Of a stretch of 64,000 nucleotides of DNA, positions 41,650 to 54,324 are shown piece after piece; the first letter of the stretch is position 1; each line of letters starts with the position of its first letter. Both the position numbers and the translations under genes were made by a program. The notes below the pieces were generated by a model. It did no database searches. It saw only the letters and a list, made by a program, of their open reading frames with translations, and was not told the DNA's origin. The stretch is from Cirrosporium novae-zelandiae (taxonomy: Eukaryota), in assembly GCA_026023565.1 (NCBI GenBank), contig JAPETS010000004.1, positions 930,001 to 994,000 of the forward strand, in the 5' to 3' direction.

Positions 41650-43258
41650 TTACAACTCTTCGTGCGCCAGTTGATTGTATTCGCTTGCAATAGCAGCCGC
41701 TTCTTCCGGGGTCTTTGGGCCGGCGAATTGACCATGTTTAGCCCGATCGAAAGCAAGATCAAATCGCGCTCCCATTAGCCAGGCCAACCCTATCTAAATA
41801 TGCAGTTAACACTGACTGGATTTCACAACTTAGAAGACTTAAGCTTACCATCAATGCTGATATCAAGAGAAGAGTGATGGTGACCGCAATTCCCATAAAC
41901 ATGGCGTCTTTCTTAGCTTCTGCATCATCCTGAGCCTTACGCTTCTCCCTTGCCAGCTCGTCGGTTGATTTCACAGTTGGAGGTCTCTGCGAAGGGAATA
42001 TCGTTTCGATGAATTGCTCAATCTATATATAAAAGCGGTCAATATCATTTCCTAGATGGAAACAAGCATACGAACCTTTCCGCATTGAATGCTAATTTTA
42101 AGATAGTTGGGATCCTTTGGGGTATTCTTTGCGTGAATCTTCCTGGCATACTTTCGGAAGACATCGCAAACAGTTTTGAGATTCTGGGTTGATTCTATCA
42201 TTAACTCACAGGCTTGTCCTTTTGTGATCTTGACATTCTTCTCAAAGATCAGGGGATTCCGGAAAACCAGCTCAAGCGTAGCAATAGCCATGGTTTGAGG
42301 AATCGCGCAGAAATTGAACACACTCTGCTCTTTGATGCCAGCCAGATAGAATAGACATTCATCTGCATGGCGAAGTGAATTAAGTACGAGCTCGGAACTG
42401 CAGTTCAACGCAACGTCTCGGTTTTCGGGCTTAAAGAGGTCATCAAAATCGGTAACATACTTGGACCAAATTTCTTTTGGCCAGAACCTTCGCTTGTCAT
42501 CCCAATCTTCTCTGACATCTCGAATGATATTGGTCTTTTGTAAAAACAGACCCATAGATTCATATAAGTTTTCCCTTTGCATCAAAGCAGGGTTGCCCAT
42601 TTCAGCTTCTACAAAAAGACGAGTGAGGCCCTCTCCAACAAGCCCTGCAACATAGTGACAGTAGCGATCATAACCCTCTATCGTCTCGATACCATTCTTG
42701 TTGTATTCGGCATTGTTAGCATAGTCAGCCATACCCTTGCCCATCTCCTTAGTGATGTCCTTAATAATGGTCTTGTACGCAGGCTTGATCTTCTTAAACT
42801 CCTCGATGACGTAGTTGAACTCGACAAGAAGACCTCGGTCCTTCTCGTTGGGGCCATTTTCATTGAAGGTCCAGCCATCCTGTTCCAGTATGTTCTGAAA
42901 GTTCCTCAATAACGGCTCCTTCTTTTCGAGTGGTAAGGTCATATCATCTTCGATAGTATCGAGCCCTCGTAAGACTAAGTAGAAAAGCGCAACAGCAACG
43001 AGTAGTTCAGGATGAAGTTCCTGAATGACAGCGGAAAAGCTGCGACTGGTCTTGTTAAGCCATGCGAGACAGATCTTCAGGGAAGGGGGCTCATTTGATA
43101 TATCGCGTTCATGAACCGGCTGGTGCCATGTTTTCCTAAAGATTGGATTCAGCAATCTATAACTTGGTGGTTATATTATATGTAGTATGATACCATTGAA
43201 TGATGGACCGCAGCTCATCAGGATGGGTCATATAATAGAGAAGTTCGGAAGCGCGCAT
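41650..43258 (-). CDS. ERG9: Squalene synthase (4 exons)
   Basis: [59 protein letters not shown]-terminal TM. Ends AHEEL*. Confidence 0.97.
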
Positions 43259-43939
43259 CCTGAAGATTTAGCAGTAGCAAGGTCACTTGAACACTCGAGA
43301 ATAATAAAAATGATTGTGGAGGGGTGATGTCGAGAATTAAGAGTTCATGAGGGAGTGGAGATTCAGTCGGTCGATTTGTGGAGAGTATAGGCACACAGCC
43401 TAAGGTGACATGCGCACTTAAGCGGGGAGAATATGAATTTGGATTTTTTTTGTTCAGTTAGTTTCTAGATTTCCAATTTAGGACCCTAAGATCTTAAGAA
43501 TTTAATAAGAAGAAAAAGGAGGAAAAAATGATAGATTTTATGATCACTAGTCGGGGTATTAACGCCTGTAAGAAGCGGATGATGTACATCAAAGTGGTGC
43601 GGAAGTTGAACTTCGCATCTTGAATTTCCCGGTGTCACAAATCTGCAATCACTAGGACTAGGGCTACACTGTGAGATTATCCGGAGGATTTTCTATCTAA
43701 TTAAATTTTCTCAAAGTATCTCCACCTATTCCGAAGGAGAGATTATTCTCTAAGTACCATGACCGAAAGTATTCCCCTCAACTGAAATTGAGGGGGGAAT
43801 ATAAGTTTTCGGGATCCTGTGGTCTACCAGCCACAAGTTATACTTATATGTACTTGGCCAATGATCCAACTTTTTCCTAACTTCCCAATGACCCAGCCGA
43901 CAATCACACAAGAAGCAACAATTTGATCATTTATTCAAA

Positions 43940-44385
43940 ATGCCTTTCAACCACATCTCTATCTATGTTTCTGATCTTAATGCATCTCTAAAATTTTACT
44001 TATCAGCACTTACCCCGCTTGAATACGAGATATTCAAAAAATTCGATAAAATCATCGGTCTGAACGCCAAAGGTTGCAGTCCAGATTTCTGGATTGCGCA
44101 AACTTGCGACGATGAGGGAAATAAGAAACCATTATCGAGGTGTCACATTGCATTTGATGCTACGAATAATGGCCAGGTAGATGAGTTCTACGACGCTGCA
44201 ATGTAAAATCTTCTCTTTGGGCTGGTTTATCCGAATGTTTGACTAATACAAAAAGTAGAAAAGCAGGAGCAATCTGTAACGGACCCCCAGGATATAGACC
44301 ACAATATACCAATGGCTATTATGCAGCATTTGTGAAAGATCCTGATGGTAACAATGTGGAATGCATTCATTTTGAGATGAAGTAG
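43940..44385 (+). CDS. Glyoxalase/bleomycin-resistance (VOC) family protein (2 exons)
   Basis: MPFNHISIYV, HIAFDA..QVDEFYDAA|..GAICNGPPGYRPQY..YYAAFVKDPDGNNVE. Confidence 0.88.
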
Positions 44386-45071
44386 CGTGTAGTCTTTCAG
44401 TGGGGAAAGCGATTTCTACTTAGAACCTCAAATGCCATTTCATCAATGTATAAATGTCTTCTCTTCTCAATCACTTTTTATGAACAATTGATTAACTCAG
44501 TTTCGGTTTGGTGGCATGCTGAACAATTTCCACATTAGGACTTCACAAATGATGACTACTGTTGGTTTGGCAAGTTTAAGCTGGCTCTCTTTGAACTTCA
44601 CATGCGATTCGTTCGCCTTGGACATTCCATCTTCATATTAACATCTTACCTTATTTAAGATAAGACAAGTCGGTGACTTAATAGTGGGGTTGGAAGCCCG
44701 TCACGTACTTAAGTATCCATGAACTTGCCCCATGATTACCGCCGCCGAAGGTGAGGTTCAACTGGTCAACGGAATAAAACCAGCCTTTTTATCATCTTCT
44801 GTCTCAGCTCTGCCAAGTTCCCAGTCAAGAATGCGGGGTTTCCTTGGATTCACGTTAGGTGGACATGGAGTTGCTGGAATATCTATACTGGTTGTGCAGT
44901 GTGAGAGTGTTCGAAATCTAAATTCATAAACATTTGACCCCCTTTCATTTTCATTTTTATGTTTTGTATAAGCTTCTAGAAAATATCCATTCAAGAAGAC
45001 CGTTCCTTGGGCTTCATATCAGAAGTCTCATTTCTAGACCACGATCATTTCCTTGTGACCTACTTTGCAAG

Positions 45072-45820
45072 ATGGCATTATGGAGGATATCGACTTCAAA
45101 CATGACATGCTACTATCCCGATGGATCTAATGCAATAGACTACCGATATCAACCTACGTCTCTCAATGACAAGCATTCATCCTGCTGTGCACTTAGCGAA
45201 GGTGACACGCCATATGTGAGCGGACTTTGCAAATCACAGAGCAATTACCTATTTCGTGGAGCTTGCACAGATCCAACATGGACCGCACCAGAGTGTCCCG
45301 AATTCTGTCTCTCAGGTATGTACTAAGATTCTGATATACGAGGCTTTGGCTAATGACTGAATTATCTGAAGATACCCCGAGCAATTGGAAGAGACTGCAA
45401 TCGTGTAATGATTCGATGTTCTGTTGTGGACCAGATAATTCCGATAACCCAAGTTGCTGTCAAATAGCGAGCTTAATATTCAGGATTACGACTTCCACGA
45501 GTTTAGCCACAACAGCCACCAAGACATCCTCAATGTCATCTAAGAATACAGTTAGTACACAAACAACTACTGCAACCCACAGTAAAACGGTAAGCGATAC
45601 GGATAGCTCAGGCAGCTCGATAATGTCAACCAAAAGAGTTATTGGCATTGCAGTCGGGGTTGGTTTTGGGGTTGGACTACTCGTAGTACTACTCCTAGCA
45701 TTGGCTATCCATTACTGGAGACGCGGGAAACAAGCAAGAGCTGCTCGACAAGAGGTCAGTGAGATACATCAAGGATTAGTTGAATCAGAAGAACCACCTC
45801 CGCAATATCCTGGCTATTAG
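45072..45820 (+). CDS. Cys-rich, Ser/Thr-stalk single-pass membrane protein (Mid2-like architecture; 2 exons)
   Basis: TCYYPDGS...SCC...GLC...RGACTDPTW..CPEFC|...FCCG..CC, then an S/T stalk, TM IGIAVGVGFGVGLL.. and a PPQY tail. Confidence 0.7.
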
Positions 45821-46323
45821 ACGGTTTTAAATGTCCGGCTAGATAATTTTCGCGACGAAGGAACAGAGAATAGTCATGGGGGAACATCAGCATTAGGCAC
45901 TGCGACTTTCATCATATTCGATAGTCTTATAACCTAGCTTATAAAGTCGAGGGATAAAGAGTTTCTAACTTGTGATAAATAATTGGAGGGTGGGTTTTTC
46001 TTTTGATTCAGAGACTCCATAGCGAAGCGAATCTATGTCCAGGGGGAGGCCAGTATGCAGAGTGATTAGGTGAGGTATTGGGTATATACGATTCATTTAG
46101 CAAACAAAAGTCAAGTAACTGTAGAATAATTTTGGTTATTATTAATTGAAAGCTGGGGAAATGCCAATGTTTTTTTCACTATTCCCAATATTTATTAGGG
46201 TTGTATTATTATTCCACGAGTCGAAGTCAATTCAATTCAATTCAATTCGGAGCATTGGGGAACTACGGGAACTTGAACCTGAGATGGCCTGAGTTTCTCT
46301 CCACCATCACCAACGATGCCATA

Positions 46324-47868
46324 ATGCTCCTACGCTCTCCACTCTCTCGTACATTGTCGTCTTTGGATGCTGACTTTGTTTGTCAAAAATGTTTGTTCCG
46401 AATACGCCAATCCAGTGCCAATTCCCTTCATGAATGGCGACGTTCATTTTCTTCACAAAGCCCGAACCTTTCCGCCGTTGTGAGATCTACCCAAAGTAAC
46501 CACTTTCGCCAGGAATACTTCTATCCTAATGGAGTTTTAAAAATAACCAAAAGCTTCTTCAAGCCATCTGTTATTGTGACCCCAGAATTCAAGCAGCGAC
46601 CTGAAGTATTAGAGCCAAATATCTCAGCCAAGCTTCGAAGTCATGAAGCAATATCAAAGCCAATCAAGGAACCTGTCGAACAAGAGGTTTTACCTCATCG
46701 ACGTCGACAAAAACAGCATGCTGCTTCAGCAGATCCCAATCACATCCCTCCTGATGCCTCTGCCAGATTATCCCATATCTCTGCTGCCCATCCGGCTCAA
46801 TCTTTTCGCCGGAAATTTTTCACTTTCTTATCGCTCTCCAAACCCCGCCTCTCCTTCATGGTCGTCCTTACAGCTGCAGCATCCTACTCTCTCTACCCGG
46901 TTCCAACACTGCTCCTCCCTTCTACCACCGCCTCTCCCTCCCTTTCGACTTTGACGCTTGTTTTCCTAACAGCCGGTACCTTCCTCTCTGCCGCCTCTGC
47001 CAATACCTTGAATATGCTCTCCGAACCCGAGCATGACGCAAAAATGTCGCGAACCCGCAATAGACCCCTAGTCCGAAAACTTATAGCCCCACGGTCTGCG
47101 CTTCTTTTCGCTCTTGTGACAGGTACGACGGGTCTAGCAGCTCTATACTATGGCGTCAACCCCACTGTCGCATTTTTGGGGGGCTTGAACATTTTTGTCT
47201 ATGCTGGCCTCTACACGCCTCTGAAACGAATATCCGTCATAAACACCTGGGTCGGAGCAGTTGTAGGCGGGATCCCTCCTCTAATGGGTTGGACCGCCGC
47301 CTCCGGGCAATCCGCAACAGCAGGGGGATGGCAAGAATTACTTTTTGGACCAGAATGTGTTGGCGGCTGGTTACTCGCTAGTCTACTATTCGCATGGCAA
47401 TTCCCTCATTTCAACGCCCTGTCGTGGACTATCCGTGAAGAGTATAAAAATGCTGGCTATCGTATGCTATGCTGGGTCAACCCCGCCATGAATGCTCGTG
47501 TTGCACTACGCTATTCTCTCGCGTTTTTCCCAATATGCTTTGGTCTCTGGTATGTTGGTGTTACTGACTCCGGGTTCCTGGTCACCAGCTCCATAACCAA
47601 TGCTTGGCTTGTGAAAGAAGCATGGCGGTTCTATAAATATGAAGGATTAAAAGGAAGTGCAAGGGGCTGTTTCTGGGCAGGTGTGTGGCAACTTCCCCTC
47701 TTAATGGTGTTGGCAATGGTGCATAAGAAGGGCTTATGGCAATGGTTGTGGAGGTCTGCTGTTGGTGGCGAAGAGGAGGAAGAAGACGATGAGTACTATG
47801 AGGACGAAGAACCCGAGGAGCCGTTGGCTATTGAAGAAACGAAGCGGGAGATGCCAACTACCGCATAA
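46324..47868 (+). CDS. COX10: Protoheme IX farnesyltransferase (heme O synthase), mitochondrial
   Basis: Basic presequence, [57 protein letters not shown]. Confidence 0.95.
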   Translation: MLLRSPLSRTLSSLDADFVCQKCLFRIRQSSANSLHEWRRSFSSQSPNLSAVVRSTQSNHFRQEYFYPNGVLKITKSFFKPSVIVTPEFKQRPEVLEPNISAKLRSHEAISKPIKEPVEQEVLPHRRRQKQHAASADPNHIPPDASARLSHISAAHPAQSFRRKFFTFLSLSKPRLSFMVVLTAAASYSLYPVPTLLLPSTTASPSLSTLTLVFLTAGTFLSAASANTLNMLSEPEHDAKMSRTRNRPLVRKLIAPRSALLFALVTGTTGLAALYYGVNPTVAFLGGLNIFVYAGLYTPLKRISVINTWVGAVVGGIPPLMGWTAASGQSATAGGWQELLFGPECVGGWLLASLLFAWQFPHFNALSWTIREEYKNAGYRMLCWVNPAMNARVALRYSLAFFPICFGLWYVGVTDSGFLVTSSITNAWLVKEAWRFYKYEGLKGSARGCFWAGVWQLPLLMVLAMVHKKGLWQWLWRSAVGGEEEEEDDEYYEDEEPEEPLAIEETKREMPTTA

Positions 47869-48931
47869 TTTGCATATTTTGTATAAATTCTGAAGTGGGG
47901 AGGGAGGAGGGAGTTGTATCTAACGATACAAGAAAAATCCTTCTCTATGATCTATGTTTAAATATCAACGACTGTATACCACAACCCCTTTTTATGAGTA
48001 TATCATCAACTGGCCAACAACAAGTTGGAGTCGTTTAGGGCTGGCCAGCATGGCGTTTTTCTTTTCTTATACTAACAGCCATGATCAAAGAAGAAAAATG
48101 GAACGAAGATATCTTAAATGTTTTTTTTTATCAATTTTATCATCCTCAGGACCCTTTTTACTCATCTATCCCTACTAATTGAATTCCACGTCATCTAGTT
48201 CAACCGCGACTATACAAAACAACATAAGCTCCTCCCATGAATAATGGATACCTACAGGTTACAACAAAACGAATGGGCAAACTAATAAAGACTCCTCTCT
48301 CAACTCTGCTTTGATGAAGATAAAACACAAGATTAAACGAGACGGCTGTTATAGTTTACTGTGGTAAGTAGAATGTCGTGTAATGTAAAAAGAACAGCGC
48401 ACGAATTAAAGTAATCGTTTAACTAGGTACCTTTTACAGTTAGAGTGCAAAGTATAAACACTGAATTCAAGCATCCCACCAATGAATGTTGAGCTTCGAG
48501 ATCTTATTATTGGGCCAATTAACCTTTTAGCTTTAGTTTAACCTCTTTGCTAGCGTGGGCCGTTGGTAGCCAATTCAAGGAATAAGCTCCAATTTCCAGC
48601 CTCTCTAATCTGCATTGTATTCCAGTGGTAAATTCTTTCTAACGACATTAGGCAGAAACCATACCTAGTATCGCCTAACAATTACTTGAAATCGTTAAAT
48701 TCCGTGTGGAGCACCCTCACCGTACTGGGGTTTCGCTTGACATCACAGCATTGCCTGGAGTTCCTGAATCTAATCGACAAGCATTATGATCCTACAGCAT
48801 CCTTGGCTTCCCTACACCTACATCTATATACCTTATATCGCGCCATTAGATATACTAAAATATACTCCTCTTAAATTTATCAAAAGACTCAAGATCCAAT
48901 ATGTTGTTGTATTACTTATTGAACTTGCAAA

Positions 48932-51027
48932 ATGATATCAGGCTACGACCCGATCAATCCCAACTCCATCAACCGGCCTTTCGAAGTCGAGCTAGAAGAC
49001 GCATTCAAATTCCATGATGAATCTCTAGGAGACTTATCTGCTTTATCAACAGCTACTTGGGAGAGTAAACCATCTTACGATTACAATGATGAGGTTAACA
49101 AAAACCTACCAACACACATAAAATCCATCGACGAAACCTCCGCTTCATTTGATCCAAGGGGACGCGCATACCTCGCAGACTGGTGGCTTGAGATTCTAGC
49201 CACTATTCTCAGCGTCTCAGCCCTCGCCGCTATCTTCGTCGTCCTTGTCATCTACTCCTCCCGTCCGCTCGCCAGCTGGCCTTTTAGCATTAACCTCAAC
49301 ACCGTCATCTCGACCTGTGCGACCGTCTCCAAGTCCTCACTCCTTCTTGCCGTCGCCCAATGTATTAGCCAGCTCAAATGGGCATACTTCCAGAACCCGA
49401 CCCGCCGTCCTGGCCGCTTATACGACCTACAGATCTTCGATGATGCTAGCCGTGGTCCCTTGGGTGCATGCTATTTACTAGGATGTGTACATATGGGAGC
49501 GAAGCTCGCCTCTCTCGGGGCGTTGCTGATTATCGTTGCGCTAGCTATGGAGACATTCACGCAACAGGCAGTCCTGTTTATAGAGCGGACGGTGGAGGTG
49601 AAGAGCGGAACAGCGACAATTAGTCGAGCAGAACAGTATAGCCCCGGACCAATTGCAAAGGACCTCACATATGAGCGCAAGCATCACTCCCTTGTTTGGA
49701 ATTCCGAAAAGACAGGTATTTTTATTATAATTCAGAGACTTTACTTACTTTTTTACTCTCCTTAGTCTCTGATATCAACCCTACAATGGAAGGAGCCATT
49801 CTAAGCGGCCTCTACGGCTCAAGCCATCCTCTAGAGCCCGTCTGCTCCACTAATAACTATACATTTCCCAATTTCACTACCCTCAGTGTCTGTAGTAAAT
49901 GTGTAAACGTCACACAGTCCACAACCCGTAATTGTACTTCCATCGTTGGTATGTGGGCAGACACGGAGAAATATTGTGCTTTCACGACCCCTAGCGGTTT
50001 TGACATTGGCGTAACAAACTTCTACTCCGGAGGTACTGAGCTTGAAGATAAGACCCTCTTCAACGCGAGCACCGATATCGACCCCTATTTCGCTGCCGAC
50101 TCTTCTCATCACGGCATTTGGAACGCCCTTGTCTTCTACGGGGCGGTGCGTCTCCCTACTAGCGGGGCCTTTGATGCCGCTCACGTTTCGGAATGTCAAC
50201 TTTATTTCTGCGAGAAGACGTACGGAAACATAACTGTACGTGATGGCTCCACTGTAGAACGTCCCGTCATGGTCAAAAAGCCTCTACGTGCCTACAGCGA
50301 CATCTCTGGTGGTGGTGCATACGAGCTTTACAACTACACTAACACTGACAACGCCTATCCCATCGCTCCTCCCTATCGCGTAAAATACGAATACGATCAG
50401 GGCCTACGCAAGTATCTTTACTTAGGTTTATTTAACGTAACCTGATACAACCAAATGCTAGACTACGAGATGCTGTAAATAGGTGGTTCATTAAAAGCCC
50501 TCTGGCTCGCCGGCAACGACCTCGAACCCCTCATGTCCAACGTCGCAGATAACATAGAGCAAGTTATCCGCTCTGCCGCCAACGGAACAACTCACGCAAT
50601 CGCAGGCAAGCCTCTGAGGACGGAGACGTATATTCATGTCCGTTGGGAGTGGCTGATTCTCCCGGCTGCCGTGGTGCTGTTCGCGGTTATTTTTCTCCTC
50701 GCGACTATTTTTGGGCCGTACTCTACGCCGGATACGAGGCGGTGGAAGTCGAGCGGGTTGATGTTGCTTTTTACCGAGGTTGTTGGAATAGGCATAGGGA
50801 AACACCGGATGGAGAATGTGCCTTTACATAGTGGCGAGAATGGGGCAAGAGAACCGACAGCGGAGAGCTTTGACAGATGGGGTTTGGAGGAAGTGGGCGA
50901 TGGTGGTTATATCGATTACATGGAGCGCGCAGCACGGAGAATGAGGGTGAGGTTACAGAATAATAGAATCGGAGGAAGGAGATGGCCTACTTTTATCGTT
51001 GCTGACGGACAGAACCAGGAGGCGTGA
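48932..51027 (+). pseudogene. DUF3176-like membrane protein gene with two in-frame stops (probable pseudogene)
   Basis: WWLEI, LNTVIS, ISQLKW, DLQIFDDASRGPLG, CSTNNYTF..LSVCSKC, YIHVRWEWL, WKSSGL. TGA at 50443 and TAA at 50476 interrupt a frame that continues into ORF 50533-51027. Confidence 0.65.
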
Positions 51028-51777
51028 AGAACTGGAAGCCGATTTCGAAATGAGGTAGGAATTATATATTAGATGTATTTTAAATAGATTAAATACAATT
51101 ATGAAAGATGAACGTGTATATATACACCTTTCTTGGGATGCAAAGGATGGACATGGAGTATGGATTCTTATCGGTTAGCGGGTAAGGGGAAAAGTTTGAG
51201 CCGACTTCCTTGAATCTCTATTTTACTTCCATCCGTAAATAATTTGTTGGAATCCGATACTTGGGTATTCTGACTAAGGTGATTAGGTGAGGGGAGGGCT
51301 GTAGACGGTTGGTATTGAGGGAAAGTGCTAATATTGTTATCTTAAAGCCCAACCCATTCGAGCTATTATTGCTACCGAATATATGTCAAACTCATGCTCA
51401 TCTCTATATTCCCATCTGCCTAGATATTCATCAGAGTCAGAACCAAGCGACTTATAGAGGACAATACTTACAATCAAGTCCTTTAATGCCTTTGTGACTG
51501 TTCGAAGCCTAGTTTTCCCAGCAATCCCACTCCTTATCACCTGTTTGAGGGATCCCCCACCAACGCTTCCGCTTTCCTTGACTGGTTGTTGATGTTTGAT
51601 TGACTTATCCATTGATGCTACATCATCTCTACGTCCTGCAACAGAAACCACGGAGGATCATTGAATAATTTGCCACCCTCCAAAAAAATACATGTCCTGA
51701 TATTCAAATACACTATGCCCCCCCCCCCCCACCAAACAGTTAGAAAACGTGACAAAATAGCATGTTCAACATACATA

Positions 51778-52422
51778 TTAATTATTAACTGGTCTGCCAC
51801 CGCTTGCTGATCGAAATTGCTGCATGATCGAGCGTCTTCGCAAACGAAACATCTCATGTCCAAGTCGAGAATTCTCCCTATTCGCAACAACCAGCTCTCC
51901 CTGAACCACCGTCAACTGTCCCTCAACCTCCATCATCCGCTCATTTGCAGCAGCGAGGTCCCTCTCCTGCTTTGCCAACTGTTTCCGGATAGCCGCCGAT
52001 TCTTCCAGCTCCAACCGGACAAGCTCAAATAGAGTTGCGAGATTGTCCTTCTCGGAATCGAATTTCGGGTCTGTTTCTTTAATGTGCTGGTTGAAGAGCT
52101 CACGTATGTCGGTAGGAGAGTCCTTGTCGCAATTTTCTTGTTCTTTGTTGAGCTTGTTGTGTTTTAGGAGTCCCCTTATGCTTTCTGGGGTGTAGCTTCG
52201 GAGGTTTAGGAGTTTGTTCTTGGCTTCGAGAGTCGAGAGGCTGCTACGGAGGGCTTGTAGCTCTCTGTTATCTGTTCCTGTGATAGCTTGATCAAGAAGG
52301 AATATGGAGTCGTCGATAGCTTGGGTTTCAGCCCAGTCAAAGTTGAGTATTTCCTCCAGCTCTAGATCTCTGATGCCTTCTGCTGTTGATCGGATAAGGT
52401 CATCGCCTGACTGGATATTCAT
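51778..52422 (-). CDS. Hypothetical coiled-coil protein
   Basis: 214-aa ORF with E/L/Q/R-rich heptads (ELEESAAIRKQLAKQERDLAAANERMMEVEGQL). It may continue in a downstream exon near 51640-51340. Confidence 0.55.
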   Translation of the reverse strand: MNIQSGDDLIRSTAEGIRDLELEEILNFDWAETQAIDDSIFLLDQAITGTDNRELQALRSSLSTLEAKNKLLNLRSYTPESIRGLLKHNKLNKEQENCDKDSPTDIRELFNQHIKETDPKFDSEKDNLATLFELVRLELEESAAIRKQLAKQERDLAAANERMMEVEGQLTVVQGELVVANRENSRLGHEMFRLRRRSIMQQFRSASGGRPVNN

Positions 52423-54324
52423 TAGCGAGATGAATGTTTATTGTAGGAGATAATTCATGCCAGAGTTCCTATATCAGTTGGCCCAGGAAAGAATTCGAGC
52501 TGAGTTGTAGGACTCATTTTTCCCTTGTTTTGTACCATCTTTATTTTCTCGGGTCTAGATCAACTTTTTTTTGGCAATATTTGTTGTTTTAAATGCAGCG
52601 AGAATGGTGTTATTGATGATCTAGAGATCTAGAAGTCCATGTGCAAAACCGTATTTATAGGCAATGTTGGATGCGATGTGTACCAACGAAGCGTTTGTTC
52701 GGTCATATGGCTATTTCATGGTGGTTGATGTTCTTGGATACTACAGTAGTATTATTGTGGACCAACCATCAAATGGAATAAGGACTGTGATACAGAGCTA
52801 TTGAAGATGCAATATGACAGGGCAGAACTTGCGAGGTAAGTGAAGAGGTGAGCTTTTTACATTGCTGCTCTCGTAAGCAGCCGCTCGGGTTGAGTGAAAG
52901 AGTAATATCATTAGTATAATCAATAGGCTTTCAAAGTAAGTGATGGTTATGGAGTGAAGCATGTCTGTTGTTATTCTGAGTGGTATATATAACAATCCTA
53001 ATCAAGGTATTTCGTTCGTTTATTCTCTATCTGTGTTCAGCGTACCGGTTGACTTGTAGCACTAGTTTTCACCTAAGAATAGTCAGAACCTTCCAAAAGG
53101 GGGCTCTCTATAAAGATATCTTTAGCTAAGACCTCTACATCGTAGAAAGCAAGGTGGTTGTCGGGCTAGTAGGATGGTTGAAGACGGTATCTTAGGTACT
53201 GAAATGTAGGATTCCAGTCCGCAAATCAAGTAACTAATCTTTTCTCGTGGCTGGTTGCAGGCCATGTCATAAACTCTTCAACGAGGGTTAAAGTATTCCC
53301 ACAGATATCATTGCGATTATCTGGCTTCCGAATGACACAGTGTTAGGGCACGTCAAGCATAACATCTACGCGCTTGCGAAGCGCTGGCTTGGCGCCTAAA
53401 CAACCTTATAAGGAAGACCGCTGCCTGGCAGCGTTCAACTTTTGCATCTACCTCAGGGGGGCACTCCTAAAGCTATCATCATTACTGCGTCTCGAATGCG
53501 AATCCTATAGTATTATCCTTAGTTAGCCACTATTTAGATGGTTATCCTACCACACAGCCTGAATTAGGCGCTGCCTTTACATGCCTCATATTCCCCTAAT
53601 CAAATATTGCCCTAACCTTTAAATTACCGGTTTGGGTTGGAAAAAGTATTTTCATTGTAACCTGTGTGTATTTATCAATCGGCCTTGGGGAGAGGCCTTC
53701 AAATCAAATTTTTTTGTTTGGAGGTATTTTCATGGCTGATAGATTGAGGAGCATCAATTTTCAAATTCTTGTTGAGGGTGAAGGAGAGAATATTTTATTA
53801 AATTATGAATTATGAATTACATAGACAGTACAAACACCTTTCCGAGCAAACGAGACAAACTGAAATGTATATGAGACCTCTAGTCAATACCTACCAACCT
53901 AGGTAGACACCTAAGCAACTTCACTTCTGTACTCTATGTATCTATATTTCTTTCTTGTGGTCTAATTTTAGTAATACCCAAATACCATTGATCTTGAATC
54001 TGTCATCCCTGCAATCTTAAAGGCATCTCATCCCACTTAGATGAGTATATCTATGACCTTTTGGCATGCTTCTCCGAGTATCTGATAATAAAATCGCCCA
54101 TCTCCATACTTCGAACATCATTACTGTTTACTGTTTAGTTAATTGTTATCTCAGTTCCATTTCTTATCACCATATTAAGCCAGGCTATTTCATACACAGG
54201 CCATGGAGTTTTTATCAACTATTACGATGTTTCTTGTCTCCACTATGCCTATATTTCGATTTTCCATAAAATTTATTGTCTTTGATTCTAATATCAGATA
54301 CCTGCCCTCTCATTCTACACAATA

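Noticed and set aside
41650..47868. Terpene or squalestatin-like biosynthetic cluster around squalene synthase
   Set aside because: ERG9 looks like the housekeeping copy, and no PKS, P450 or cyclase lies nearby.
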